Below are positions 19,028 to 26,808 of a stretch of 64,000 nucleotides of DNA, piece by piece. The DNA is from Chlamydiales bacterium (GTDB lineage Bacteria; Chlamydiota; Chlamydiia; Chlamydiales; VFKH01), in the NCBI GenBank assembly GCA_031292375.1, contig JARLHF010000001.1, positions 10,960 through 74,959 of the forward strand. The letters run 5' to 3'. The notes below the pieces were generated by a model. The model made no database searches and was not told the origin of the DNA. It saw nothing but the letters and a program-made list of their open reading frames with translations. How positions within the stretch are numbered: the first letter of the stretch is position 1; each line of letters opens with the position of its first letter. The translations under genes were made by a program, and so were the position numbers.

Positions 19028-19835
19028 AATACTCCACGCATATGTATTCTTCTATTTCAGCAAGTGATATTGAATAAAGTGTGTCCATGAATAATGGAAT
19101 AAATGAACCTGGTCCATTTGATCTTCTAGCTGCTATTTCCCCAGAAATACTTATAAGAATTGCAGCATGAACTAACCCCAAAAAGGCATTTGGATTAATT
19201 GCTAAAAAAGCCCCTGCAATTGCGGTAGCACCGCAACCCATTCCTGTAACTTTTTCCATTAAAGGATGGCCATTATGAACAAATATGCATGACTCACCGT
19301 CCGTTATTATGTCACTTTTACCACTCATCCAAACGATGCATCTTTTTCTAGATGCCAATAATTTTGCTTGCTGTACATGTTCCATGGGATTTAGAGAGGT
19401 ATCAACGCCCTTTGTCATTCCTTGAACATTACAAAGAGAGACAATTTCTGATGCATTACCTCTAATTGCAGTGATGATACCGTGAGCAATAATGGTATTA
19501 GCTGTTTTAGTTCGGTACTGAGTAGCACCCGCACCCACAGGATCAAATACCACTGGAATACCCTTTCGATTCGCTGTTTTTATCGCTAAAAGCATACTAG
19601 ACACCCATGGAGAGCTTAGCGTGCCTATGTTTAAAACAAGGCTACTCGCAATCATAGTCATATCCTCTACTTCTTCTAGAGCATGAGCCATAACGGGGGA
19701 GGCACCAAGAGCAAGCAGGCTATTTGCTGTTTGCTCCATGACAACATAATTGGTTATATTATGAACGAGAGGAGAATTACTTTTGATTTTTTGGATGTCC
19801 GACCAGATACTGTGTGGATCTACTTTCATCTTCAC
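19020..19835 (-). CDS. thiM: Hydroxyethylthiazole kinase
   Basis: PLVHNITNYVVMEQTANSLLALGASPVMA, DPVGAGAT and GMGC motifs. GTG at 19835 or ATG at 19829. Confidence 0.9.
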   Translation of the reverse strand: MKMKVDPHSIWSDIQKIKSNSPLVHNITNYVVMEQTANSLLALGASPVMAHALEEVEDMTMIASSLVLNIGTLSSPWVSSMLLAIKTANRKGIPVVFDPVGAGATQYRTKTANTIIAHGIITAIRGNASEIVSLCNVQGMTKGVDTSLNPMEHVQQAKLLASRKRCIVWMSGKSDIITDGESCIFVHNGHPLMEKVTGMGCGATAIAGAFLAINPNAFLGLVHAAILISISGEIAARRSNGPGSFIPLFMDTLYSISLAEIEEYICVEYYE

Positions 19836-19836
19836 G

Positions 19837-19920
19837 CTTCCTCCGCTGGTATTATCCAGATCAGGTTTTAGGGTATTTCTCAGCTAAGGTAATTACAAAC
19901 CTTAAGCACCCCTGGTGATT
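19837..19920 (-). promoter_or_regulatory. TPP (THI-box) riboswitch in the thiM leader
   Basis: The minus strand reads ...CAGGGGTGCTTAAGG..CCTTAGCTGAGAAATACCCTAAAACCTGATCTGGATAATACCAGCGGAGGAAGC. This matches the conserved GGGGUGC / CUGAGA / ACCUGAUCUGGAUAAUACCAGCG core. The 3' GGAGGA doubles as the SD. Confidence 0.9.
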
Positions 19921-19987
19921 AAAAACTTATTTCTCTAACAAAGCCAAACTTATACCCTTAATCACAAAATTATTTCAAGCATTAGTA

Positions 19988-20329
19988 TTATGAACAAGTA
20001 TTCTTAGTGCGAAGCTCTTTTATTTTTTCCAAGTCAAAGCAATAAGGCTCATGATCTTTTAATTCTCTCAAAATAGTTGCAAGGATTTTGTGTATCCATC
20101 CTTGCAAATTATTGTTTAGCCGATAATAAACCCATTGACTTCTACGCTCATCCGATATAAGACCTGATTGTCGCATAAGAGCCAAGTGCCTAGAAATCTT
20201 TGGTTGCATACTCCCAAGCACTTGACTAAGCTCACAAACGCATAATTCTTTTTCTTTTTGAAGCAATAATAAGCATCTAAGCCGTGTCTCATCAGATAGT
20301 ATTGCAAATAACTCATCAGGAGTCATCAT
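19988..20329 (-). CDS. arsR: ArsR/SmtB-family metalloregulator
   Basis: ELCVCELSQVLGSMQPKISRHLALMRQSGLISDERRSQWVYYRL, with the CVC metal-binding motif and HTH. Confidence 0.85.
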   Translation of the reverse strand: MMTPDELFAILSDETRLRCLLLLQKEKELCVCELSQVLGSMQPKISRHLALMRQSGLISDERRSQWVYYRLNNNLQGWIHKILATILRELKDHEPYCFDLEKIKELRTKNTCS

Positions 20330-21191
20330 GATTTTTCTTTGGTTTAATTGCTTTTATTTTTGCTGATACAACATAATTTTCTGCATCAGAACCAGGTACC
20401 CAATCCTTGATAAACATACGACTATTTTCTTGTGGTTCAATCACAATATCTACAAATCCCGCATTAGACAAGATTTTTTTAAGTTCGCCTATTGTAATAG
20501 CACCCGAAATACAATTACAATAAAGCTCTTTATTATTAACCATTTCTTGCGGCAAAGGCTTGCTTGCAACCATGTCAGAAATTGCGATCCTTCCCCCTTC
20601 TTTCAAAACACGAAAAGACTCATTAAAAACTTGGGTCTTATTAGTTGACAAATTCACAACGCAGTTAGAAATGATTACGTCAACAGTATTGTTTGGAAGC
20701 GGTAAATGTTCTATTTCTCCTAAAAGAAATTCTACATTCTTATAGCCACTTTTTGTAGCATTAATTCTTGCCTTACTTAGCATTTCGGGCGTCATATCAA
20801 CACCATACACTCTACCATAAGGGCCTACTTTACGTGCAGCTAAAAAAACGTCAAAACCTCCACCTGCACCCAAGTCTAAAACGATTTCACCTTGTTTTAA
20901 AGCAGCTATTGCTTGCGGGTTTCCACAACCAAGTCCCATATTAGATCCTTCTGGTGCACTCTCCAGCTCTTCTTTCGTATAACCTAATTCTTGTGAATAG
21001 TTATCATCCGGTTTATTAGACACTCCGCAGCAACTACGTGAATTACCACAGCTTTTATTTTGATTATTAGCATCAGCTACACTTCCATACGCACCTCGTA
21101 CTTCTTGTTTTACCTCTTCTACGTTTTTAAATCCCTGGTTTTGTGCAACATACTGCACATATTCCATTTTTGGTGGTTGATAATAATCCAT
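20316..21191 (-). CDS. arsM: Arsenite S-adenosylmethionine methyltransferase
   Basis: VLDLGAGGGFDVFLAA SAM motif, Cys-rich SCGNSRSCCG, DVIISNCV. Met at 21191 with an AAGGAGAG RBS; the track start at 21248 is TTG. Confidence 0.8.
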   Translation of the reverse strand: MDYYQPPKMEYVQYVAQNQGFKNVEEVKQEVRGAYGSVADANNQNKSCGNSRSCCGVSNKPDDNYSQELGYTKEELESAPEGSNMGLGCGNPQAIAALKQGEIVLDLGAGGGFDVFLAARKVGPYGRVYGVDMTPEMLSKARINATKSGYKNVEFLLGEIEHLPLPNNTVDVIISNCVVNLSTNKTQVFNESFRVLKEGGRIAISDMVASKPLPQEMVNNKELYCNCISGAITIGELKKILSNAGFVDIVIEPQENSRMFIKDWVPGSDAENYVVSAKIKAIKPKKNHDDS

Positions 21192-21218
21192 ATTGCTCTC
21201 CTTAGTTATAAGCATTAC

Positions 21219-21234
21219 ATACATATATATGTAT
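21219..21234. promoter_or_regulatory. 16-bp perfect palindrome ATACATATATATGTAT upstream of arsM (candidate ArsR operator / promoter)
   Basis: Read directly, about 28 bp upstream of the arsM ATG. The arsM-arsR operon is expected to be autoregulated. Confidence 0.35.
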
Positions 21235-21282
21235 AAACGAATATGCAAATAAGATCAACATAAATTCATCACATATATAGAC

Positions 21283-21519
21283 CACATTATTTACGATGAA
21301 CTTTGTCAAGGAAAGGTATTTTCTGAATCTAAAGATGAGCTAATTCGTATCATAGAAGCTCTTAAAGACGATGGAGCAGAAGCTGTTTTACTCGGGTGTA
21401 CAGAGCTTGGAATGCTCATTTCAGCAGAAGATGTAACCATTCCAGTGTATGATACAACCATTTTACATGCCAAAGAGGCGGCACGAATGTCTCTATTCTA
21501 CACACAGACCAATTCTTAA
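21283..21519 (+). pseudogene. Aspartate/glutamate racemase family gene, 3' remnant (~78 codons with no usable start)
   Basis: The frame reads HIIYDELCQGKVFSESKDELIRIIEALKDDGAEAVLLGCTELGMLISAEDVTIPVYDTTILHAKEAARMSL... This matches the C-terminal third of Asp/Glu racemases, including the second catalytic Cys context (LGCTE). The N-terminal ~150 aa are missing. Confidence 0.7.
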
Positions 21520-21534
21520 ATTGGTCTGTGTGTA
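21499..21534. terminator. 16-bp-stem hairpin between convergent genes; a probable variant of the dispersed repeat family
   Basis: TACACACAGACCAATT-CTTA-AATTGGTCTGTGTGTA read directly. The ends TACACA.../...TGTGTATA and internal CAATTCTT resemble the TACACAAAC...CAATTCTTGAAC repeat. Confidence 0.45.
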
Positions 21535-21543
21535 TACCGAAAG

Positions 21544-22602
21544 TCATTGGCTCTTTAACCAGATGTCATAGGTTTTTTGTACGGGAAGAGCTGCCTGTCC
21601 GCTTTCTACAAGAATTTGAATGCGCTGCATAATCTGCGAATTCCTTTCAAACTCTAAAAGGCTAGGGCTTGCAACTCCCAATTCTCTTAAACGACAAGCC
21701 AAAAGTTCTACTCTAGTAGCTTCTGGGTAATGTTGTACACCACCAGTAAGAGCAATTGACTTTTCTGTTGGACTTAAAGAGTCTTCATCTCGTGGATGAA
21801 TAAAGTAAACGATTGAATAACGCTCTACATTTGGCTTTGCAACCACTTGATGAATAGCACTCTTAAAATATCCATTGGTCAAATTTTGAAGCATGTCACC
21901 GCCATTTACGATAAATGCATTCGCAGGTACTTTTACACTGATCCACTCTCCATCATGAAAGACTTGTAACCCCTCTTCTGTTGCGGCAGGAAGTATAGTA
22001 AACAGATCGATATCAGTATGTCTTGCTGCCCACAATCTTCCAGAGTCAGGGTTTTGAGGATAATGTAGGGTACGTAAAAGACATTCACCGCCCTTTGACA
22101 TCTCAGGAAGAAAATCTTCATTTTCTCCTATAGCTAATGAAAAAACACCTTCTAGAATCTGTGCATACTGATCTAACACATCCATAAGATGAGTCATAGG
22201 GCTTTGCAAATCCATCCACTGAGGCCATAGGTTTTTTGCTCTTCCAATATGTACTAACTCCTTAAAATCTTTTGTTGCAAACCCTTGCGCCGTCTCTCCT
22301 GGAACATATCCTCTCTGTCCATTTAATTCTGGAGCATAAATCTCATTTTTGTATTCAAGAGGAGTAGAAAAAAATTCTTCAGATGCTCTATATGCAGCTT
22401 GCAATGCATCCTGATCAACACCTGTATTTATAACAGCAAAAAATCCTATCTCATGCAGTGCTTTAGCTACATCCTCAACAAATTTTTGTTTCTTTTCTGG
22501 ATGATAGTAATCATTTAAATCAACCACTGGAATTGTAGAATCAAATGCCCCTACAACGCCTACTCCCAACACCATTAGACAAATCATCAAACGCAATAAC
22601 AT
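21544..22602 (-). CDS. 2-oxoglutarate/Fe(II)-dependent oxygenase (isopenicillin N synthase-like) with an N-terminal signal/anchor sequence
   Basis: IPVVDLNDYY, ALHEIGFFAVINTGV, the HxD facial triad context AARHTDIDLFTIL, GDMLQNLTNGYFKSAIHQV. The N-terminus MLLRLMICLMVLGVGVVGA is hydrophobic. Confidence 0.8.
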   Translation of the reverse strand: MLLRLMICLMVLGVGVVGAFDSTIPVVDLNDYYHPEKKQKFVEDVAKALHEIGFFAVINTGVDQDALQAAYRASEEFFSTPLEYKNEIYAPELNGQRGYVPGETAQGFATKDFKELVHIGRAKNLWPQWMDLQSPMTHLMDVLDQYAQILEGVFSLAIGENEDFLPEMSKGGECLLRTLHYPQNPDSGRLWAARHTDIDLFTILPAATEEGLQVFHDGEWISVKVPANAFIVNGGDMLQNLTNGYFKSAIHQVVAKPNVERYSIVYFIHPRDEDSLSPTEKSIALTGGVQHYPEATRVELLACRLRELGVASPSLLEFERNSQIMQRIQILVESGQAALPVQKTYDIWLKSQ

Positions 22603-22821
22603 AACATTCTCCTTACTTTGCTATAAAAAACGAGGGATGATATCGATTAACACTTTAATTTTACAAGCCTTACGTTTTGAAAATCATGCGTATCATGCCA
22701 ACATGAATATTTATATTGCCAAAATGCTACCTTAACAATATATTAACACATCATCGGTTACTTTTAAATTTTCAAGATGAAATTTTGGGTACTTTTTAAA
22801 GAAGATAATTTGGAGGCTTTT

Positions 22822-23374
22822 ATGCGTATTGAAGATTGTTTTGTTCCTAACAATTTAGGATCACTTTCTGTTTTTTATGAGAACGAGGAGTTTTTCATAG
22901 AAACAACAGATGGGAAGCGCGCAATTCAAAAATGCGATCTCTCAAAAGAACTAAAAAATATTTCAGAGCCAGCATTATCAGCGCTGCTGTCCAAAGGCCA
23001 ACTATGTGTTATACACAAACAAGTTCAAGAATTGGTTTTTGACAACGCGAAAGCTTTCGCGGTTCAACGATCATAATCAACTCCATATTGCTAATATTGA
23101 GTTGATTATGATCGTTGAGCCTCGGGGCTTTGGCGCAGTCAAAAAACAATTCTTGAACTTGTTTGTGTATAAACCAATAGGAAACGATCATGGCATTGAA
23201 TTTAGAGCAAGAGTCTTAGGTGCTGGTCCTATTCTTGGCGCGCTTACGTTTGGTGTTATGGTTGTTGTTGGTGGCGCACTGACTCTTATTCCAGGTGGGC
23301 AGGCCGTGGGAGCAGCAGTTATAGCCGTTGCTCCCGAAACAGCTGCTGCTGCAACGGCCTTACCTACCCCATAA
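22822..23374 (+). pseudogene. Small membrane protein gene (C-terminal bilobed Gly/Ala-rich hydrophobic domain) interrupted by a MITE
   Basis: The 5' part (track 22777..23076, likely Met at 22822 with a GGAGG RBS) and the 3' part (frame of track 23006..23374) become one continuous frame (...SKGQLCV|KPIGNDHG...) when 160 bp is removed. The 160 bp is the element plus one TA. Confidence 0.6.
23010..23171. mobile_element. 158-bp MITE flanked by a TA target-site duplication; ~32-bp TIRs TACACAAACAAGTTCAAGAATTG(G/T)TTTTTGAC
   Basis: TIRs are read directly (23012-23043 versus the reverse complement of 23138-23169, 1 mismatch). The whole element is a long imperfect palindrome with a central 19-bp stem (CAACGATCATAATCAACTC...GAGTTGATTATGATCGTTG). 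TA is present at 23010-11 and 23170-71. Confidence 0.75.
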
Positions 23375-23428
23375 GCAAGAATTTAAGTTTTAGTATCCAA
23401 AACCAACTTCAATATAAGGAGTTTAGTC

Positions 23429-23755
23429 ATGTCAATAACTGTACATAATATTCCAGAAAGCCGTCAAGCCCATCAAAGGGAAAATACGGATGTACCTGCA
23501 GGAGTTCGAAGGAACGGAAGATTTTCTTTTGGCGCTATTACTAGAGCAGCGCTCAAGGTTGCCACAGTGGCAGCTCCCCTTCTATTACTAGCAAGTCAAA
23601 TCTCCGGAGCAGATGCAGGACCTGCTGCATATGCCATCTGTGTGGCAGCTTGCGGAACAATTGTAGGAGTTACCAGTGCTGGCACATTACTTCCAGCAGG
23701 AATAGGCCCTTGCATCAGTGCTTGTTGGACTGCATTCCTTGCACCTACTCTATAA
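23429..23755 (+). CDS. Small membrane protein with a hydrophilic N-terminus and a multi-lobed Ala/Gly/Cys-rich hydrophobic domain (Inc-like candidate)
   Basis: AAGGAG RBS. The first ~35 aa are polar, followed by ALKVATVAAPLLLLASQI-SGADAGP-AAYAICVAACGTIVGVTSAGTLL-PAGIGP-CISACWTAFLAP. Resembles the C-terminus of the upstream interrupted gene. Confidence 0.6.
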   Translation: MSITVHNIPESRQAHQRENTDVPAGVRRNGRFSFGAITRAALKVATVAAPLLLLASQISGADAGPAAYAICVAACGTIVGVTSAGTLLPAGIGPCISACWTAFLAPTL

Positions 23756-23762
23756 ACCTTGC

Positions 23763-23798
23763 TTAAAGTGCCAACATAACTAAATGTTGGCACTTTAA
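23763..23798 (+). terminator. 14-bp-stem hairpin downstream of the small membrane protein gene
   Basis: TTAAAGTGCCAACA-N8-TGTTGGCACTTTAA read directly. There is no clear U-tract. Confidence 0.4.
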
Positions 23799-23911
23799 AG
23801 CTACAAAAGTGTGGTGCTTAAAAATGCTACACAACCCAGATTTTCCAAATGGCAACAGGAAGACCTTCGCGCCCCAATTGCACTGTAGAGTTCAAATGTA
23901 GTAGAGAAATT

Positions 23912-25522
23912 ATGGCCAATGCAGTCGGAATTTATCGAGGATCATTTGATCCACCGCACAACGGGCATTTAGAAGCTGTTAACTATGTATTAAAAACTTG
24001 CATGGCTTCTGTAACTATCGTTTACAAGGACCTAAATTCGTCCAAACCTTTTCGAAGCAATAATAAAATTCGTAAAAAACTTTTGAAAACCATGTTCAAA
24101 GATATGCAAAACGTGGTTATATCAAAAAAAACCTATGAAGCAGCTTTGATTGATTTGCTATCTGATTCTACAATCATCAAAATTTATCACATAATAAGCT
24201 CAAAGACTTTAGATAAACCCATATGGCCAATTGGATTATCAACAAAATTAGCATACTTTATCATCCCAAAAAGGGATTATCCTATTGTAAGACCTGTATC
24301 GAGTTGGAATAATTTACCAGCAGAAACTACTAGTGTTGAGCACTTTACTGAGCGATACCATTCATCTTCCGAATTACGTGCATTGCTTTTTGAAAGAAAT
24401 TTTCAAACTGCAAGCCTTGGCCTGCCTGCCCTAGTTTTTGATCAAATTCTGAGCCAAAACTTCTTTGTATCAAGTGAGAACGAATATTCATTTAGAACCA
24501 TCATTCAAGATGTTAAAAAAATAGTAGAAAATGAAATTGTTCTTAAAAATAGTGTACCCATAGAAAAATATCCCCTTTCGTTTCATATAGGAAATGATAT
24601 TGGTATTAGTGGTCTTTCCAATGATAAAGTCTGTTTTGTCAAAGATAAAGATGAACAAATATGCTTAGTTGTTAAAGTTTTTCTGGGAAATGATTATAAG
24701 GGTAATTATGAGAGTGAACTTTTAGGTTATGCAACTCTCAAAAAGTTAAATTTGCACTTGATACGGATTCCTGAGTTATTTTTTTCACATCAAAAAGAAA
24801 ATTTTGCCTTCATTGGTATGAGCTTTGTCTTAGGCAAATCTCTTGCAGAGATGATGCAAGCCTCTCCTGAGGCAATACGTTTGTGCGCACAAGCCAATCT
24901 TGAGTTACACCTGGCTCAAAGATCACTGGCTACTGAAATATCGGCTCAACAAATAGCTGTTTATGAAGAGGTCATAGTAAGGGTTACTGATAGATTAAGC
25001 AATATACAAACTTCTTTTCTTCCCCCCGATATTGCAGCGAAATTAAAGACTCGTTGGTTACAGAAGCATCTATCGTTTGTTGCTAATCCAGGTTTACTTA
25101 GCTTCACACATGGAGATCCAAATCATAGCAATTGGATTGTCGATTTAGACAATCATTGCGTGACTTATATTGACTTAAGTTTATTTAAACGATCTATTTC
25201 CCCACAAGAGACCCCTAGTGGGTTTGCTATCAACGAAGTAGAAGAGGCTCTGATTATGTTTAGAGTTGCTGGAAAGCAAAGAGGGAATTTATCTAACGAA
25301 CAAATTCGCGAAATACAAGATATATATGTAAAAGAATATATGGATCATGCACCTGTTGATATTACTACACCCGAAGCTAAAGATTATTTTTTTGCCTATT
25401 GGTCCTTGCGGATTATTGAAGAAATTTTAAAGGACTTTATTAATACTGATGTAGAAGAATCTAAGTTAAAATACCAAGCTCAATTAATAAAAAAAATTGA
25501 CTCGTTTTTAAGCGATTCTTAA
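23912..25522 (+). CDS. Fusion protein: NadD-like nucleotidyltransferase (N-terminal) and aminoglycoside/choline-kinase-like phosphotransferase (C-terminal)
   Basis: The N-terminus has GIYRGSFDPPHNGHL (the (H/T)xGH motif) and a C-terminal SSSELR (ISSTxIR-like). The C-terminus has FTHGDPNHSNWIVD...YIDLS (Brenner HxDxxxxN plus DxS/D). The likely Met is at 23912. Confidence 0.7.
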   Translation: MANAVGIYRGSFDPPHNGHLEAVNYVLKTCMASVTIVYKDLNSSKPFRSNNKIRKKLLKTMFKDMQNVVISKKTYEAALIDLLSDSTIIKIYHIISSKTLDKPIWPIGLSTKLAYFIIPKRDYPIVRPVSSWNNLPAETTSVEHFTERYHSSSELRALLFERNFQTASLGLPALVFDQILSQNFFVSSENEYSFRTIIQDVKKIVENEIVLKNSVPIEKYPLSFHIGNDIGISGLSNDKVCFVKDKDEQICLVVKVFLGNDYKGNYESELLGYATLKKLNLHLIRIPELFFSHQKENFAFIGMSFVLGKSLAEMMQASPEAIRLCAQANLELHLAQRSLATEISAQQIAVYEEVIVRVTDRLSNIQTSFLPPDIAAKLKTRWLQKHLSFVANPGLLSFTHGDPNHSNWIVDLDNHCVTYIDLSLFKRSISPQETPSGFAINEVEEALIMFRVAGKQRGNLSNEQIREIQDIYVKEYMDHAPVDITTPEAKDYFFAYWSLRIIEEILKDFINTDVEESKLKYQAQLIKKIDSFLSDS

Positions 25523-26614
25523 CGTTTCTACCACCTGCAAAATCCTTTGAAAGATTTCTTGAGGGGTCGAAGAGGATTTTGCATGAATAACTATAACGCG
25601 ATTTCGCTTAGTCATAATTGATAAAATTTGAGGAATATGTTCTTTAAAAAACTGCAATCGCTGCATAAGTTCTCTAGAGGAAATATCTTCTTTCCTTTTT
25701 ATAAGCATACCTTCGCAATGCGGACAACATCCTTCTTTAGTTAATGAATCTTCTCTTCTAATTTGTATTTCACAGTTAGAGCAAATATAACGATGTTTTA
25801 GGCGATCCAGAATATCAGATTCATCAACGGAAAGGTATATGGGGATATGAATATCATCCGGTCTTAAAAGGCCATCATTATATACCGTAGATTGCGTTTC
25901 TGACCTTGGAAATCCATCCAAAATAAATCCTTTTTTACAATCAGGATCCGCCATTTTCTTCAGTAAAAGTCCATAAGGAATCTCGTCAGCAAATCGCGTT
26001 GGGCTAGAAATCTGATCATGATACAAAATTACCTCTCCAATAGGCGTATTGGCCCTACATTCATTACGATAAAGATCTCCCATCGATAAAGTAGGTATAT
26101 TATATTGTTCTGAAAGTAACTTTCCTTGAGTGCCTTTTCCAACTCCAACTGTGCCTAAAAGATTAATAACTAATCTAGATTCTAAAGAAGATTTTTTTAA
26201 ATTGCTTGGATCCTCTTTAGAACAAGCTGATTGAAAAGCTTCTTTATATCTTATCGAAGAAAGTGTGTGTTCCATATAATCATGGCCTACCCACTCTATT
26301 TGCGTTTCCGCTCCAGAGAGGCCTTCAATAGGATTGTTTTGCATGACACTATGAAAGACGTGCAAAATAGGATCTCTTTGATCCGTAGATGGTATCTTGC
26401 AACAATATGTAAAATTAATCTCCTCAAAGTCTATAGTTGTTTGCTTACGAACGAGTCTTATAATAGCCTGAAAGTAATCTTCAAGTTCTAAAACACGTCC
26501 TCCTGGAATTCTCCAAGATTCTGAAGTATCGGAGTGTTCATGTAAGAGTAAGAATGTTTTTTGATATTCGATAAAACAGATGGATTTTTGTGGTATCAAA
26601 GAACTTGTGGACAT
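25508..26614 (-). CDS. Fusion protein: degenerate Nudix-like domain (N-terminal) and adenylate kinase with a Zn-lid (C-terminal)
   Basis: The C-terminus is collinear with Adk (GTVGVGKGTQ P-loop, FILDGFPR, CSNC...CPHC lid). The N-terminal GGRVLELEDYFQAIIRLVRKQTTI keeps the Nudix spacing but replaces the REUxEE glutamates. Confidence 0.7.
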   Translation of the reverse strand: MSTSSLIPQKSICFIEYQKTFLLLHEHSDTSESWRIPGGRVLELEDYFQAIIRLVRKQTTIDFEEINFTYCCKIPSTDQRDPILHVFHSVMQNNPIEGLSGAETQIEWVGHDYMEHTLSSIRYKEAFQSACSKEDPSNLKKSSLESRLVINLLGTVGVGKGTQGKLLSEQYNIPTLSMGDLYRNECRANTPIGEVILYHDQISSPTRFADEIPYGLLLKKMADPDCKKGFILDGFPRSETQSTVYNDGLLRPDDIHIPIYLSVDESDILDRLKHRYICSNCEIQIRREDSLTKEGCCPHCEGMLIKRKEDISSRELMQRLQFFKEHIPQILSIMTKRNRVIVIHAKSSSTPQEIFQRILQVVETLRIA

Positions 26615-26736
26615 ATTCCTCTAGAGTACATGTTATGTTGTAAATGTATTTCGCAGCAGATTATTCTATACAGCTTTTTTTGTAGATAAGAATTTTGATT
26701 TTAAGCACACTGTACCATTCTTGTCGTGAGTGATTG

Positions 26737-26780
26737 CATAAAACTTAAAAATAAATGAATTTGTTATTTTAAGTTTTATG
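26737..26780. promoter_or_regulatory. 14-bp perfect inverted repeat CATAAAACTTAAAA-N16-TTTTAAGTTTTATG upstream of the NRPS operon
   Basis: Read directly, about 30 bp upstream of the 26809 start codon, in a divergent intergenic region. Confidence 0.35.
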
Positions 26781-26808
26781 CCACCTCAAATCATCTGGAG
26801 GCATAGAT

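Noticed and set aside
23006-23191. Track ORFs starting inside the MITE (23006.. on +, 23009..23191 on -) and the C-terminal tail IHKQVQELVFDNAKAFAVQRS of ORF 22777..23076
   Set aside because: These residues are encoded by the palindromic element itself, which reads similarly on both strands. They are artefacts of the insertion, not native protein sequence.
22822-23755. Two-peptide class II bacteriocin interpretation of the Gly/Ala-rich small proteins
   Set aside because: There is no double-glycine leader and no adjacent ABC-transporter/peptidase or immunity gene. The polar N-terminal parts are much longer than bacteriocin leaders. It is kept only as an alternative under the Inc-like finding.
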